Source of the DNA: Andalucia godoyi And28
Taxonomy: Eukaryota > Protista > Jakobida
Direction of reading: 5' to 3'
DNA: 64,000 nt
NCBI GenBank assembly: GCA_009859145.1
Contig: VRVR01000049.1
Span: 1-64,000, forward strand
Below the pieces are notes generated by a model. It was not told where the DNA came from and made no database searches. It saw only the letters and a list, made by a program, of their open reading frames with translations. The position numbers and the translations under genes were made by a program. How positions within the stretch are numbered: position 1 is the stretch's first letter; each line of letters starts with the position of its first letter. Positions 1 to 10,324 of this stretch are shown here, one piece after another.

Positions 1-3
1 TAC

Positions 4-171
4 CCCTAACCCTAACCCTAACCCTAACCCTAACCCTAACCCTAACCCTAACCCTAACCCTAACCCTAACCCTAACCCTAACCCTAACCCTAACCCTAAC
101 CCTAACCCTAACCCTAACCCTAACCCTAACCCTAACCCTAACCCTAACCCTAACCCTAACCCTAACCCTAA
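4..171. repeat. Telomeric repeat array (CCCTAA)28, i.e. TTAGGG on the minus strand; chromosome left end
   Basis: Perfect CCCTAA hexamers from 4 to 171 at the very start of the window, with C-rich strand at the 5' end as expected for a left telomere. Confidence 0.98.
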
Positions 172-178
172 AAATGGC

Positions 179-1330
179 TTGTTGAACCCACCTGCAGCGG
201 ATGCCTTTCTTCAAACTTCCGCATTTCTTTACAAGTATTGCCTGTTTAAAATCTCCAACAAACATTTTAGCGAATGCCTTTGCTGGCAAGACTCGTTTTG
301 TCGCCTTTCTTTCTTTTCTTTTCCTCGCGCTCCTTTTTTGGTGGACTGCAAATCGACCGATCTGGAGTTTAGCGGGAAAATCGGACTGTTCCCTCGAATT
401 GTCGTCGAACAGGCTTCACAAGATGTCTTTGGGGTTGCTCTGCGTGGCGTGAACTTTACAAGATCTCTGTTTCAAACAACCATTGGAAATGCATCGTGGT
501 GGGACAGTCTTGCTTTGCAGTTTGAATCTTCGGCGCTTGCGTTGGTGGAAGAGAACGTCCTCGGCTTTGCAGCAGGTCTGATTCGTCAGTTCCGGGTAGC
601 TTCTTCTCAGACACTGGATGACTCTGACACCCGTCCAAACGAGAAACAAACTGTTGACCGTTCCTTTTTTACATGACCGTGCGGCAACTCATACTCCGCC
701 TCGGGTGCAACGTGCTGGTGGACCAACGTCGAAGCCCCGCTCTTCGAAAAATTGGCTCCCCTTCGAAATGAACAGAGTTCTGAGCAGTAACATTCTGTTC
801 AATGCATCCACGCTCTATGCATGTTGTGACAGTATGAGAAACTTCCTTGTCTTTTCGCACAGTGCTTCTTCTTCGTTCTTTCTCCAATGCCACGAGCACT
901 GTATTCGACAACCCACATTGGGTCGTCCTTTGCAATGTTTCTCTCGTTCGTCGTTGCAAACATTGCTTGTTGTTAGTGTTCTCGGAGGATCTGTTTTCCT
1001 GCAGAATGCATTGTCTCCTTTTCGAACTCGTCTGGAAAACTTGCTGGAAAGCGTTTCTCTGGTTGTTTTGCTGATCAACTATGCAGCCGAACTCAAGTCA
1101 CTTGCTGTGGGTGCCGTGGATTTTGACGCTGTCGGCGCTATCCTTTTTTTGCGTTGAACTGTCTGACAGTCGGTGGTCTTGTGATCGCAATCGTTGCTAC
1201 CAACTGGCAGGTGGTCATTGATAAAATCTCCTTTTTTTTGGGTTTCCGAGTGAGAAGTGCGTCTATCGTGCCCACCACATACCAGTTGGAATCGCCATTG
1301 TTGCTGTCCCCGGTTAAAGATAACTCTTGA
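179..1330 (+). pseudogene. Degenerate 3' fragment of a multi-pass membrane/surface protein gene
   Basis: Hydrophobic segments are spread over several + frames. ORF 618-1157 ends in LQNALSPFRTRLENLLESVSLVVLLINY, a PF..N.LE..SL pattern typical of C-terminal TM regions of large protist surface proteins. After a T-run near 1143-1151 the reading continues in another frame (LNCLTVGGLVIAIVATNWQVV...KDNS*, stop 1328-1330). No N-terminus is present. Confidence 0.35.
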
Positions 1331-1460
1331 CGATCGGATTTTGGACCTAGAGTACCTTTGAAGTGTTCAGCTAGATAAATACTATTGTTTATTGGAGTTG
1401 TCGTTTCTGTTTTTCTCACTTCTTCCTCGCAATGAATGCTTTATGGAGGACTCCTAGTGT

Positions 1461-2534
1461 CTACTTCTGATTCCTTGTTACATGAGTAGCTCTCACATCA
1501 GTATTGAGCTGAATCGTTATGGTTACTTCAGCGAATGTCAAATCGTACTTTTCGAGCCGAGTCTGCAGCAGCAAGCCCATTTCATTGCTGAATGGGCCGT
1601 GGAGAGGAATGCTTCTCAAGATATCGACCTTCCGAAAAGCATGATCCATTAGAATGTTCTGTGGAGAAGGAAATAAAGCCGCGGTTCGCGACGGATATGG
1701 CGGTGGGGACAAGAAATGAAGCTCATCGAACTGAACATTCGGCGCCGTAGTGACCATCTCGAAGATATGGGCTTCTGATGCGGGATCGTCTGAAGGCTGT
1801 GTCGGCAGAGAACGTGCAGGTCCAGAACTTCCTCCAAAATGATTGGACGCACGGTTGATTGGAAACTGTTTGTAAAAGGATTGCAGTTCACGCTCAGATT
1901 CCATTGCAAACTTCCAAAAGCTTTGGACCTCATCATTGGAGTACCATTTGGTTCGGAACGCCATTTTGAACAAATTCGCGTCAAAATCCAAGAGGTTGCG
2001 GACTGGAATGAACTCCACGTCCCTCAAGATGCTAGGATCACCATCGGCATCTTTACCTGAACCTTCGAAAATAGTCTTCCAGAATGCATCCCGGAAATCA
2101 GCACCGGACTCAGCTTGCAGCACATTTCTCATTTCTTGATATGCTTGTTCCAAGGAGACACTGACAGTGTCGCCATACAGCGAATGTGCTATTGGAACTC
2201 CCCACAAGTATCGCAGCGTGAATTGCACCGGCTTTGCTTGCAGAAGATTGATCGAGAATGCACGAGCAGTGCGCTGCTTGTTGAGTTCGTAGTTGATAAT
2301 GCTCGCATTTGGATCGACGTATCCCTTCTGTTGTTCTGGTGGTGGTGCAACAAAAGAGACATAATTCAACCCAGGATTGCTGGCAACTGCTTGGTTAATC
2401 CGATGTGACACCTGAGAAGCAACGAAATTCGCAAGCATCTGGCACAGTGCAGAGATATCGTTCGGCCTCTGCATCCGCACAAGCACCAAATCATCTGGCA
2501 CGGGTAGATTGATGCGGAATCTTTTGTTCGCCAT
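1461..2534 (-). CDS. Hypothetical protein, 357 aa
   Basis: Long ATG-initiated ORF with normal amino-acid composition; no motif recognised. Confidence 0.7.
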   Translation of the reverse strand: MANKRFRINLPVPDDLVLVRMQRPNDISALCQMLANFVASQVSHRINQAVASNPGLNYVSFVAPPPEQQKGYVDPNASIINYELNKQRTARAFSINLLQAKPVQFTLRYLWGVPIAHSLYGDTVSVSLEQAYQEMRNVLQAESGADFRDAFWKTIFEGSGKDADGDPSILRDVEFIPVRNLLDFDANLFKMAFRTKWYSNDEVQSFWKFAMESERELQSFYKQFPINRASNHFGGSSGPARSLPTQPSDDPASEAHIFEMVTTAPNVQFDELHFLSPPPYPSRTAALFPSPQNILMDHAFRKVDILRSIPLHGPFSNEMGLLLQTRLEKYDLTFAEVTITIQLNTDVRATHVTRNQK

Positions 2535-3172
2535 TTTGTCGACAAATGAGAGAGAATTACCTTCCTGTAATCAACTTGTGGCTGGGCAATGGAAATGAAA
2601 GATTGTGGTCCACAACGATGAGCAGTTTCCATTTCTGCCAGAGTATCGATGCTGCATCTGAAAAAGCCAGCGGGGGAGCGCGTCGTCTACAACCGCTGCT
2701 CCCCAACTCCTGCAGAAGAGCGCCTGGATGCAGGTGCTGGCTCCTCACAAAAAAACAAAAAGAAAACCTGCATACTACTGCATGTTTTACATCCCTCTTC
2801 CCAAAGGGTGACCTTATGTCAAAATCCGACTTTGGTCTCCACTAAACAGCATTTTGATCACGTTTTATTCTGTTTCACAAAACTGAAAAATCGCGCTGTC
2901 TTTCCAAAAGTGCCATGACACCAAACCAGATCCTCAGGTGTCATGCCACTTTTGATAAAGGTAGTTTCAGGAAAAACAACTTGGAATTCACGTTTTTTGC
3001 AGAGAACCATATGGTCACAACATGAACACTGCGATTCTCACGTGTTTTTTTTTTTTGTTGAACCAGGATTCTTGACCAGCGTCTTTACTTTTTTCAGGTT
3101 GAGTGTTTGCTTTTTCCCGCAGCTTTTTTTGAATCGTGGTTTTTCAAGAAAAAAGAAAGCTGCGAAACAGTC

Positions 3173-3189
3173 GGGGGGGGGGGGGGGGG
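3173..3189 (+). repeat. G17 homopolymer
   Basis: 17 consecutive G. Confidence 0.9.
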
Positions 3190-4785
3190 ACTCCCGAAGA
3201 AACCCAAGAACAGGTCTTAAAGAAGACACTTCACGAGGAAGAAAAGCTGGAGAACAGCTACAGAAATCAGTGATGAAGTATCCGAATTCCCTCTTCTTCT
3301 GTATGAGAAGCTGGAGACCCCTTCCATCAAACTGCAGGATGTTTTCAGGTATCCTGCCTGTACATACACTCTCAAGTGTTCCGTTAGTGACCCCAAATGC
3401 AATTGGAAGAATGGTGACACCGTGGGGATGGTCGTTGGGATCATGCGATGCGTACGCTTCCTCATTCTGCTTCTCCAAAGAATGTCTTTTCGGACGGAGA
3501 GGAATTGTACTTGGACGTGAACGGCGCTGACACACATGCAGGTGGAATCAAGACCCTGCAAAAACTGTATGGGGAAAATGCACAGATCGTCAGTGGCAGG
3601 TCTATTCCCACGATGTTCTGTAATCACGTCAACGAGGACAGTGAGTGTCCTATTGCCCTGTTCAACCTGCGATTTCGATCTGCGACGCTCTGTTTTCTCT
3701 CCCTCTGGAATGTTTTGAAAACCCACCAGTTTCAGTTGCTGATTTAAACCCATCTGGCCACCTCGTCTTGTCTCGTCTGTCTATGATCACGGCATCATCC
3801 GTCCTTGTAGAATGTTCGGAAGCGAGTGCAAATACTGAAAAGGGAATAAAGCATGTGCACCACTTTATTTCCAGCTGAAACCTTGTCAATTCCAACGACA
3901 AGCGCTCCGTATTCCATGCAGCACACAAGAACACAGTTGCTGTATTCGTGCATGTGTGTTAGTGCACACGCCTGTGGACAACAAGAGTTATCGCAAAAGG
4001 CACACGGTGCTGTGAATGTGCATTCACATCCGTTAACACGAGAAACTATCTGATGTTTCGTGCTTCCTTTGACAAAGAAATGTTTGTGACACTCCATCGC
4101 ATTTTTTGGACATACGTTCTTGTGATGTACGTCATATGTGAAGCAGCGACCGGTATGCAAGATTTCCCGAATGCTGTTTTTGCGCTTCTCATGTTCTTTC
4201 TTCGTTTTTCGTCGTCTTTGCCCGCTTTACTGACGCTTCTTTGGCACTTCACTGGACACTTTTTTGAGCATACGTATTGTTTGGATTTAGTAATAAGGAG
4301 CTGTAATTGCGTGGACAATGTCGAACTACCTATGGACGCTCGCTTTAGCATCGGTTTCTGCGATCGTGGTACCGATCGCGCTGTGTCCTTTGCTTTCTCT
4401 GATTGGGTTCGGAGCAGCGGGAGTGTCCGTCGGAACTGCTGCTGCGAGCATCCAGAGTTAGTTCTACGGAGGATTGACAAGAGGAATCTTCTCGATCCTG
4501 CAAAGTATCGGCAGCGCTGGACTGTCCTTCCCAGCAGCATGTCTGATTGGTCTCGCGACGTTCGCTGCTGTATGGTTCGTAATATAGAAACTCACATGCA
4601 TTGTGATAAAAGACCCTTCGGTTGACCCCTTGTTTTCGTTTTTTATTTGCATTACCCCCACATCGGGTAAAACAAGGTTTGCAAAACAATCGGATCTTTT
4701 CTTTTTTGTTTGGTTTTGTGCTTTTTTTCTTCATCCTGTTGACCATTGCTGTGGACGATATCAACACATACGCTACACTACATTC

Positions 4786-4910
4786 ATTCCGCAAGTGGCA
4801 CTTCCGGAGGGACATGACCATTGCGACGACTCGCAAAAAGACTCGCGCGCGCTGTGAAACGCGAGTCGGTTCAACCGATCATGTCCCTCCGGAAGTGCCA
4901 CTTGGGGAAT
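4786..4910. repeat. Long inverted repeat with nested hairpins (MITE-like or structured RNA element)
   Basis: 4792-4817 CAAGTGGCACTTCCGGAGGGACATGA is the perfect reverse complement of 4879-4904, and pairing extends to 31/32 bp (4786-4817 vs 4879-4910). The spacer holds three further stems. Confidence 0.9.
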
Positions 4911-4973
4911 ATTTGCAGCAGAGAGAGTGTGCAGACGAGCCAGACCAAAGGCTGGATTCTCGTCCTATTCGCG

Positions 4974-5354
4974 TTACGGCCTCCGGGTGAAGCAGCGCAG
5001 AAAGTCCCGCAAGCCCTGGCTTTTTGCCTGCTGTTTGGGAAAAATGAGGCCGTTGTCGACAGAGTACTTGCGGAGTGCAGGAACCGACTTGTGGACCTTG
5101 TCGAACCGCCCGGCGACCAAGTCGTAGATGTTGATATGGATCTTCGCCAGCTCTGCCCGGGCCTTGGTAATCGACTCGCATGGAGGAAGACCGAAATCCC
5201 CGAGCAATTTGTTACAACCCTCCAGAGTCCGAGTCTTTGCGGTGAACTGAGCTTCGACCTTGGCATTCAAAGCTCTGCGTTCTTCGCCGCTATCCTTGTT
5301 CGCACCGCGATGGCGCCTGGTTCGGCGAGCAGGAGGAGCTGGGGGATTCGCCAT
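4974..5354 (-). CDS. Small conserved hypothetical protein, 126 aa, resembling an uncharacterised family common in fungi
   Basis: Pattern CxSITKARxELxKxHINIYDL...ALRKYSxxNGLIFPKQQAKxxGLRxFLR matches my recollection of a fungal uncharacterised domain. Confidence 0.65.
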   Translation of the reverse strand: MANPPAPPARRTRRHRGANKDSGEERRALNAKVEAQFTAKTRTLEGCNKLLGDFGLPPCESITKARAELAKIHINIYDLVAGRFDKVHKSVPALRKYSVDNGLIFPKQQAKSQGLRDFLRCFTRRP

Positions 5355-5824
5355 GGATAACTGCTGCTTTTTTTTTCCTCTCGTAGATGATGTTTTGGGG
5401 AAATGGGGAAGAAAGAGAAACGAAGAAAGGGAAATTAAGAAGTGTGTGAGAAAAAGGAAGGAGAAAGGGAAAGACGAAGCTTGGCGGAGGAGACACCGAC
5501 TGGATCAAAAAAAATTCAAGTGGAAAAACCTGACAAGTGGCAACGTGGCAAGCCTCTGGGGCTCTGTACGTGACGGGTGGAATGCGAGCAGATGCCCGGA
5601 ACTTGTAATCTGCATTGGGAGTTTGCGCAGACAGGGAGCACGGCGCGCAGACGACGATTCGTGAAACCGTGATCCCTTTGCCGCAGCCGGGGAGAACGAA
5701 AACAATACAGTCAGTAAAAGCAGTTCATGGTCGCTCGAGCAGAGTGGACATCCTGCTTCTTGCTTTCCTTCTCCTGCCTTTGCCTGTGCGTTTGAGCACT
5801 GTTCCTATAAAGTGAGCGAAGGCA

Positions 5825-6491
5825 GTGAGGGAGAGCTATAAAGAAAATGTGCAGACGATTCTGGATCGGGAGAGAACGTTGAAATGTTTGACGTACGATC
5901 ACATATCGGACGGACCGCTGTACAGATGGATGCATCGGAATCGTCCTTCCCGAGTGTGTGCAAAAGAGGTGGCATGGATCTGCGTTTCCAACCCGTTCCA
6001 GCAGCAAAAAAAGAAGAGAACAAGCAACCTGGATACAATGATCGACACTTGGAGTGACTATGCAGAGTATCCGGAGACCAGCGGAAATGATTGCATATGC
6101 CGATGGGCTTGCCAGAGAATTTAATGTCTTGAGTGGGGAATGGATGGTGTTCTGCGATCCGTCCAGCATCGATCGAGCATGGGAATCGATTTGTGTTGGA
6201 GTTTTTCAAGGATCTCCTGGATCCTCTGCCAAGGTGGGTCCTGTTGGAAATCGGTCCGAGTCCTTGATTTGCGTGTACTCGAGCGAGTACCCGGACACCG
6301 CGGCTATCTTTCAGCTGCGAGACGGCCTGCGAAGACTGGGCTTCACTGCGAGACTCGGATTCAAGCCGGATGTCTACACTTATTTGGGCATGTACAGGGG
6401 AGATTTATGGAACATATGCCCAATCTGTTACTGGGATTTGATCACCTCCTGCTGCTCTCGTTGTTGTTCTATATTTGGAACAACAGCATAA
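5825..6491 (+). pseudogene. Frameshifted DUF1917 / C11orf68 (Bles03, eIF4E-like fold) homolog
   Basis: The N-part (WMHRNRPSRV..VAWICV) is in ORF 5825-6124. The core motifs (VLSGEWMVF, IDRAW, SAKV, LICVYS, LGFKPDVYTYLGMY) are in a different frame, ORF 6054-6491, with the shift near 6070-6090. No upstream ATG. Confidence 0.7.
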
Positions 6492-7330
6492 ACCGAATGC
6501 TCGATGCATGCATATAAACAGTAAAAAAGGTCCATTTACATACCAGGTAATTCCAACAAGTGCGTTCTTTTCTTCGTCGTGACGAGCAGAGAATCAAAAA
6601 GCGGCACCTAGATCCGTGTTCACTGTTCAGTTGGCAACCATGGAAACAGCATTCTCTGAAAACCGTGATTGTCTGGAAAACGTCGTCCATTGTTTCCGAA
6701 CCAGTTGCCAACTTGACCGATTCGGCAGACGACGTAGGCTCGAGAAACAGTGTTCCTGCGAACAAGAGCTCTTCGAAGGATCCCGAGTCCTCGGAAGCAG
6801 GAACGATTTCTGTGAATGGACACATTTCCATTCGGAACACCGTGCGAAAAGGATCCCTGGATGCGCACTCTCCGTGCAGCGTACAGAGTCCAGACTGCAG
6901 AGTGCAGGCTGATTGGATCCTCTGGGGGGCGGTACGGAGTTCCGACCCACGTCCGCAACTCGCTGGATGAGAGACGCCGCAGCAGAGCGTGCTCTTGGTA
7001 GTATTAAGTTGTCGAATACACAGAATTGATTTGTTTCTTTCATTTCCGGGATCTCGTCAGATGCAGGCTTTGCGAAGGTCATTACCACTTTGGGTAACAG
7101 AAAAGAAAGGTTTTGAAGATCAGTTGTTAGAGCAAGCGCTGTCTGCTTGCCATCCATCTTCCAGTTTCAGAATCACCCCGCGAAACCGTGCAAGCTTTGT
7201 GATTCGGGGGCACCATAGCGGCGCTTTTGCATGGCCTGCCGGCAGTTCCAACATATCCGGGACTTCATGGTCTGTTTCAGATTTCGTTTTTGATGGTTTA
7301 ATTTTCTTTTTCTCGACTCTTTTAGACAAG

Positions 7331-9541
7331 ATGTCAAACCGTTTTCCTGCAGCTGAAGTCGGAATTGAGGATCTTCTCAGTAGAAATACGCACCCCGTGT
7401 ACTTCATCCCAAATTTCCAACGACGATATGCCTGGACTCGTGAGCAAGCACTGCAGCTGTGGAATGACATTCGAGTAGCATGGGAGCTGAAGAATGGAAG
7501 CCAGCATTTTATTGGTAGCATGATTTTTGTTTCGGCACAGAGCGGCAGTGGGGCGAATTATGATGCACTGGCTGAAAAAGAACAGATCGTGGATGGCCAA
7601 CAGCGACTAATCACCTTGTACGTCCTCCTTGCTGTTATCGAATACGAATTTCGCGGAAACCATGATAGCCTGACACGAGTCGAGTCGGTGTTCACCACAG
7701 ATATTGCCGAACGGCTCACATATCATGATATGAATGGCGGTCTCCATTCCAGGATTGAATTTTTTCTGAAGGACGTGCAAAGTGTAATCTCTTCATCATT
7801 TGCAAGTTCGCTGGAACACCGTAGCAGATTTCAAGAACTGGAAAGCTTTGATCGTTCAACATCTTCGCATCATGAAAGCCTGCAAAGAATGCGCTCCAAT
7901 TTCCGCGATCTGCACAGCGCAGTGAAAGCATTCACGTTCATCCAACAAGGGGAAGATACACAAAAACTTGCGAGTTTGTACAGGTTTCTATTAACCAATG
8001 TCCGTTGTGTTAAGATATGTACTCCTTCGCTGACCTCTGCATTTCGTGTATTTAACTGTTTGAATTCTCGAGGAATGCCCCTTGAAAAATACGACATTTT
8101 GAAATCGGACTTTCTGCATCATCTCGATCGAGATGACCAGAATCAGTACGCAGTTCGATGGGACGAAGTGATGAGTGATATTGGTGAGAAGCGTTTCGGA
8201 GAACTTTTTGAAGTTCTTCACGCAGTTGTCCATGAACAACATGAATTTGCACCTACCAAGGATGCAGCTTACAAGTTTCTTGGTGAAAGACACCGGTCTC
8301 AGGAGGAAGTTCGCAAATTTTTTGATAATGCATTCTTTCCAGCCGCCGAGATTGTCGTATTCATGCTGAAGCTTCTTGACAACTGGGAAGATCCTGTGAA
8401 CACGACGAAATCGTATGCAGATACTTGTCAAAGACTCAGATGGTTAATGCGAATGGAGGAGTTTGAATGGGATTGGATGGCTGTGGTGATAGTTGCGCAC
8501 ATTAAGTATTTTACCAAGAAAAAATCGAAGTTCACAAAGGACAGTTCGCAACTGGACTCCTTTCGAGAAGTTGTGTTTCGCTTGGAAAGACATGTTTTGA
8601 TGATTCACTTCCCTTTGCATGACCGAAAAGATCCACCGAAGTCATACCGTAAGAAGATAAGATACGACGCAGGCGATCGAAGGAGGAAGTATACCAAAAT
8701 GATGAACCAGCTGGATCATCTGGCTGACGTGGCTGCAGACAGATCCGCCATCAACCCTGGGCGGCAAGAAAAACTGAACTTCATGAAGTGGATCATGGGT
8801 CATAATATTGGTAACAACAGTTGTGTGAAATCGCGTCTTGTAGTACTTCTGTTACTGCGACTGGAAGAGTATGAGACAGAACTTGTACATCCTTTGATTA
8901 CGTCGTCAAAGGTAGGCATTTCACTGGAACATGTTTATCCAAGAGAACCAAAGCAGACAGAATGGCCAGCTTGGAAGCGCCACCGGAACATTCACACGCA
9001 TCGACTCGGAAATATCATTCCATTGGCACTGAGGCAAAATACGAAATGTGGAAATAAGGCATTCCAAAAGAAGAAGAACATTTACAAAAACAACTCGCTC
9101 ATGAAGTTTCCGAGTACGGAATATTTCTTAAAGGTGGGAGATTGGACCCCAGATACATTCAAGATTCGAAACTACGAGCTTATTTGCAGGGTAGCGAATA
9201 TCTACGGCCTTCATCACTTTTTGGTCGATCAAAAATTTGGAGTACGAAGTGTGTTCAAGGAAGGCGCCGAACTTTCTCGCAAGGCTGGATGCTCTTCACA
9301 AAGCAAATGGAATGTTCAGAGCTTTCATGATAGTGATGGCGATGGCATGGATAGCGACAATGAAAACGATCATGAGCTCAACTACGAATCAGATCAAAGC
9401 GCGGATGATGATTTTATGGATGACGGTGGCCGTAGCGACGAAGAGAATATGACTGATGATCCATTTTCCGAGTCCACACAAAGAGTGGTTGACGATCTAA
9501 AAATCCAATCACCACCAGAGAGAAAAAGAAAAAGACAATGA
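7331..9541 (+). CDS. GmrSD/SspE-like DUF262 (ParB/Srx-like NTPase) + DUF1524 (HNH) nuclease with acidic tail and C-terminal basic motif
   Basis: DUF262 motifs: IPNFQRRYAW, HFIGSMIF, IVDGQQRLITL (DGQQR at 7592-7606), FNCLNSRGMPL..YDILKS. DUF1524 motifs: SLEHVYP, RLGNIIPL..RQNTKCGNKAFQKKKNIY, WT...IR..EL. First ATG precedes the domain at 7331; the ORF is open upstream to 6989. Confidence 0.9.
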   Translation: MSNRFPAAEVGIEDLLSRNTHPVYFIPNFQRRYAWTREQALQLWNDIRVAWELKNGSQHFIGSMIFVSAQSGSGANYDALAEKEQIVDGQQRLITLYVLLAVIEYEFRGNHDSLTRVESVFTTDIAERLTYHDMNGGLHSRIEFFLKDVQSVISSSFASSLEHRSRFQELESFDRSTSSHHESLQRMRSNFRDLHSAVKAFTFIQQGEDTQKLASLYRFLLTNVRCVKICTPSLTSAFRVFNCLNSRGMPLEKYDILKSDFLHHLDRDDQNQYAVRWDEVMSDIGEKRFGELFEVLHAVVHEQHEFAPTKDAAYKFLGERHRSQEEVRKFFDNAFFPAAEIVVFMLKLLDNWEDPVNTTKSYADTCQRLRWLMRMEEFEWDWMAVVIVAHIKYFTKKKSKFTKDSSQLDSFREVVFRLERHVLMIHFPLHDRKDPPKSYRKKIRYDAGDRRRKYTKMMNQLDHLADVAADRSAINPGRQEKLNFMKWIMGHNIGNNSCVKSRLVVLLLLRLEEYETELVHPLITSSKVGISLEHVYPREPKQTEWPAWKRHRNIHTHRLGNIIPLALRQNTKCGNKAFQKKKNIYKNNSLMKFPSTEYFLKVGDWTPDTFKIRNYELICRVANIYGLHHFLVDQKFGVRSVFKEGAELSRKAGCSSQSKWNVQSFHDSDGDGMDSDNENDHELNYESDQSADDDFMDDGGRSDEENMTDDPFSESTQRVVDDLKIQSPPERKRKRQ

Positions 9542-10324
9542 GTAAAAGCAATACGGAAGTCTGTTGAACCATCACCGGCACGTGTTTTTTAATGCACTGC
9601 AGCTTTGCTGCGAAAAACGTTCAATTTTGTGTCGTTTTACTGAGACGGTTCCTTGACCTGGATTCCTCCTTCAACGGCATCCGCGAATCCATGTTTGGAT
9701 TCACCGTGTACCACTCCGACTCTTCTTTCCAAAAGACTGGAGGTCTCCTAATCAAAAACACACGACGCTTGCGACAGATCCAGTCGCAGAATTCAGCAAG
9801 CAAACAGAAACAGGCTCCTTATCGATCTCCCTGGCCTTCACTCCCAGCACCTCCTGGAAGACGGAAAAGGTTGTAGACTACAGTTTGAGCGGAACTGTGA
9901 GCAGAATGGTTGTCGAAGAGGCAACTCGTGAGTCTACGATTGTGCTTCTGGTTCTGGCAGGCACAGAAGAAATTTTCAAAAGTGTTTACGTACTCATGCA
10001 GTACTCGCAGCCATGTGCGAGGAACGCATGTTGGAAGAGAACATGCAAACATCGAGAGGAGCCTCGTGGATCAACGAGTCGTTTCAGTTCCTGCGTTTAT
10101 AACTGCGAGTCCATCATGCAGCGTACTTCCGAAGCTTCAACTGCAAAACTGCAACAACGCCTCTGTGTCAGTCGTCTGCAACTACGTCCAATGCATAGTA
10201 TTGACCCTCCGTTTGTTGAATACACGGTACACCCTTGTTTACGAAACTGAAAGACAAAACATAGAGAGATCCACGTCCACGACACACGTCCTAAACATGA
10301 AAAATGAGAACTCATCCACCATTC

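Noticed and set aside
2546-3780. Short ORFs between the 357-aa orphan and the Cys-rich remnant
   Set aside because: Partly protein-like (DGEELYLDVNGADTHAGGIKTLQKLYG) but interrupted in all frames; no family can be supported.
6989-7330. N-terminal 114 aa of the 850-aa ORF
   Set aside because: It starts at GTG and looks like UTR. The DUF262 domain begins right after ATG 7331, which is the likelier start.
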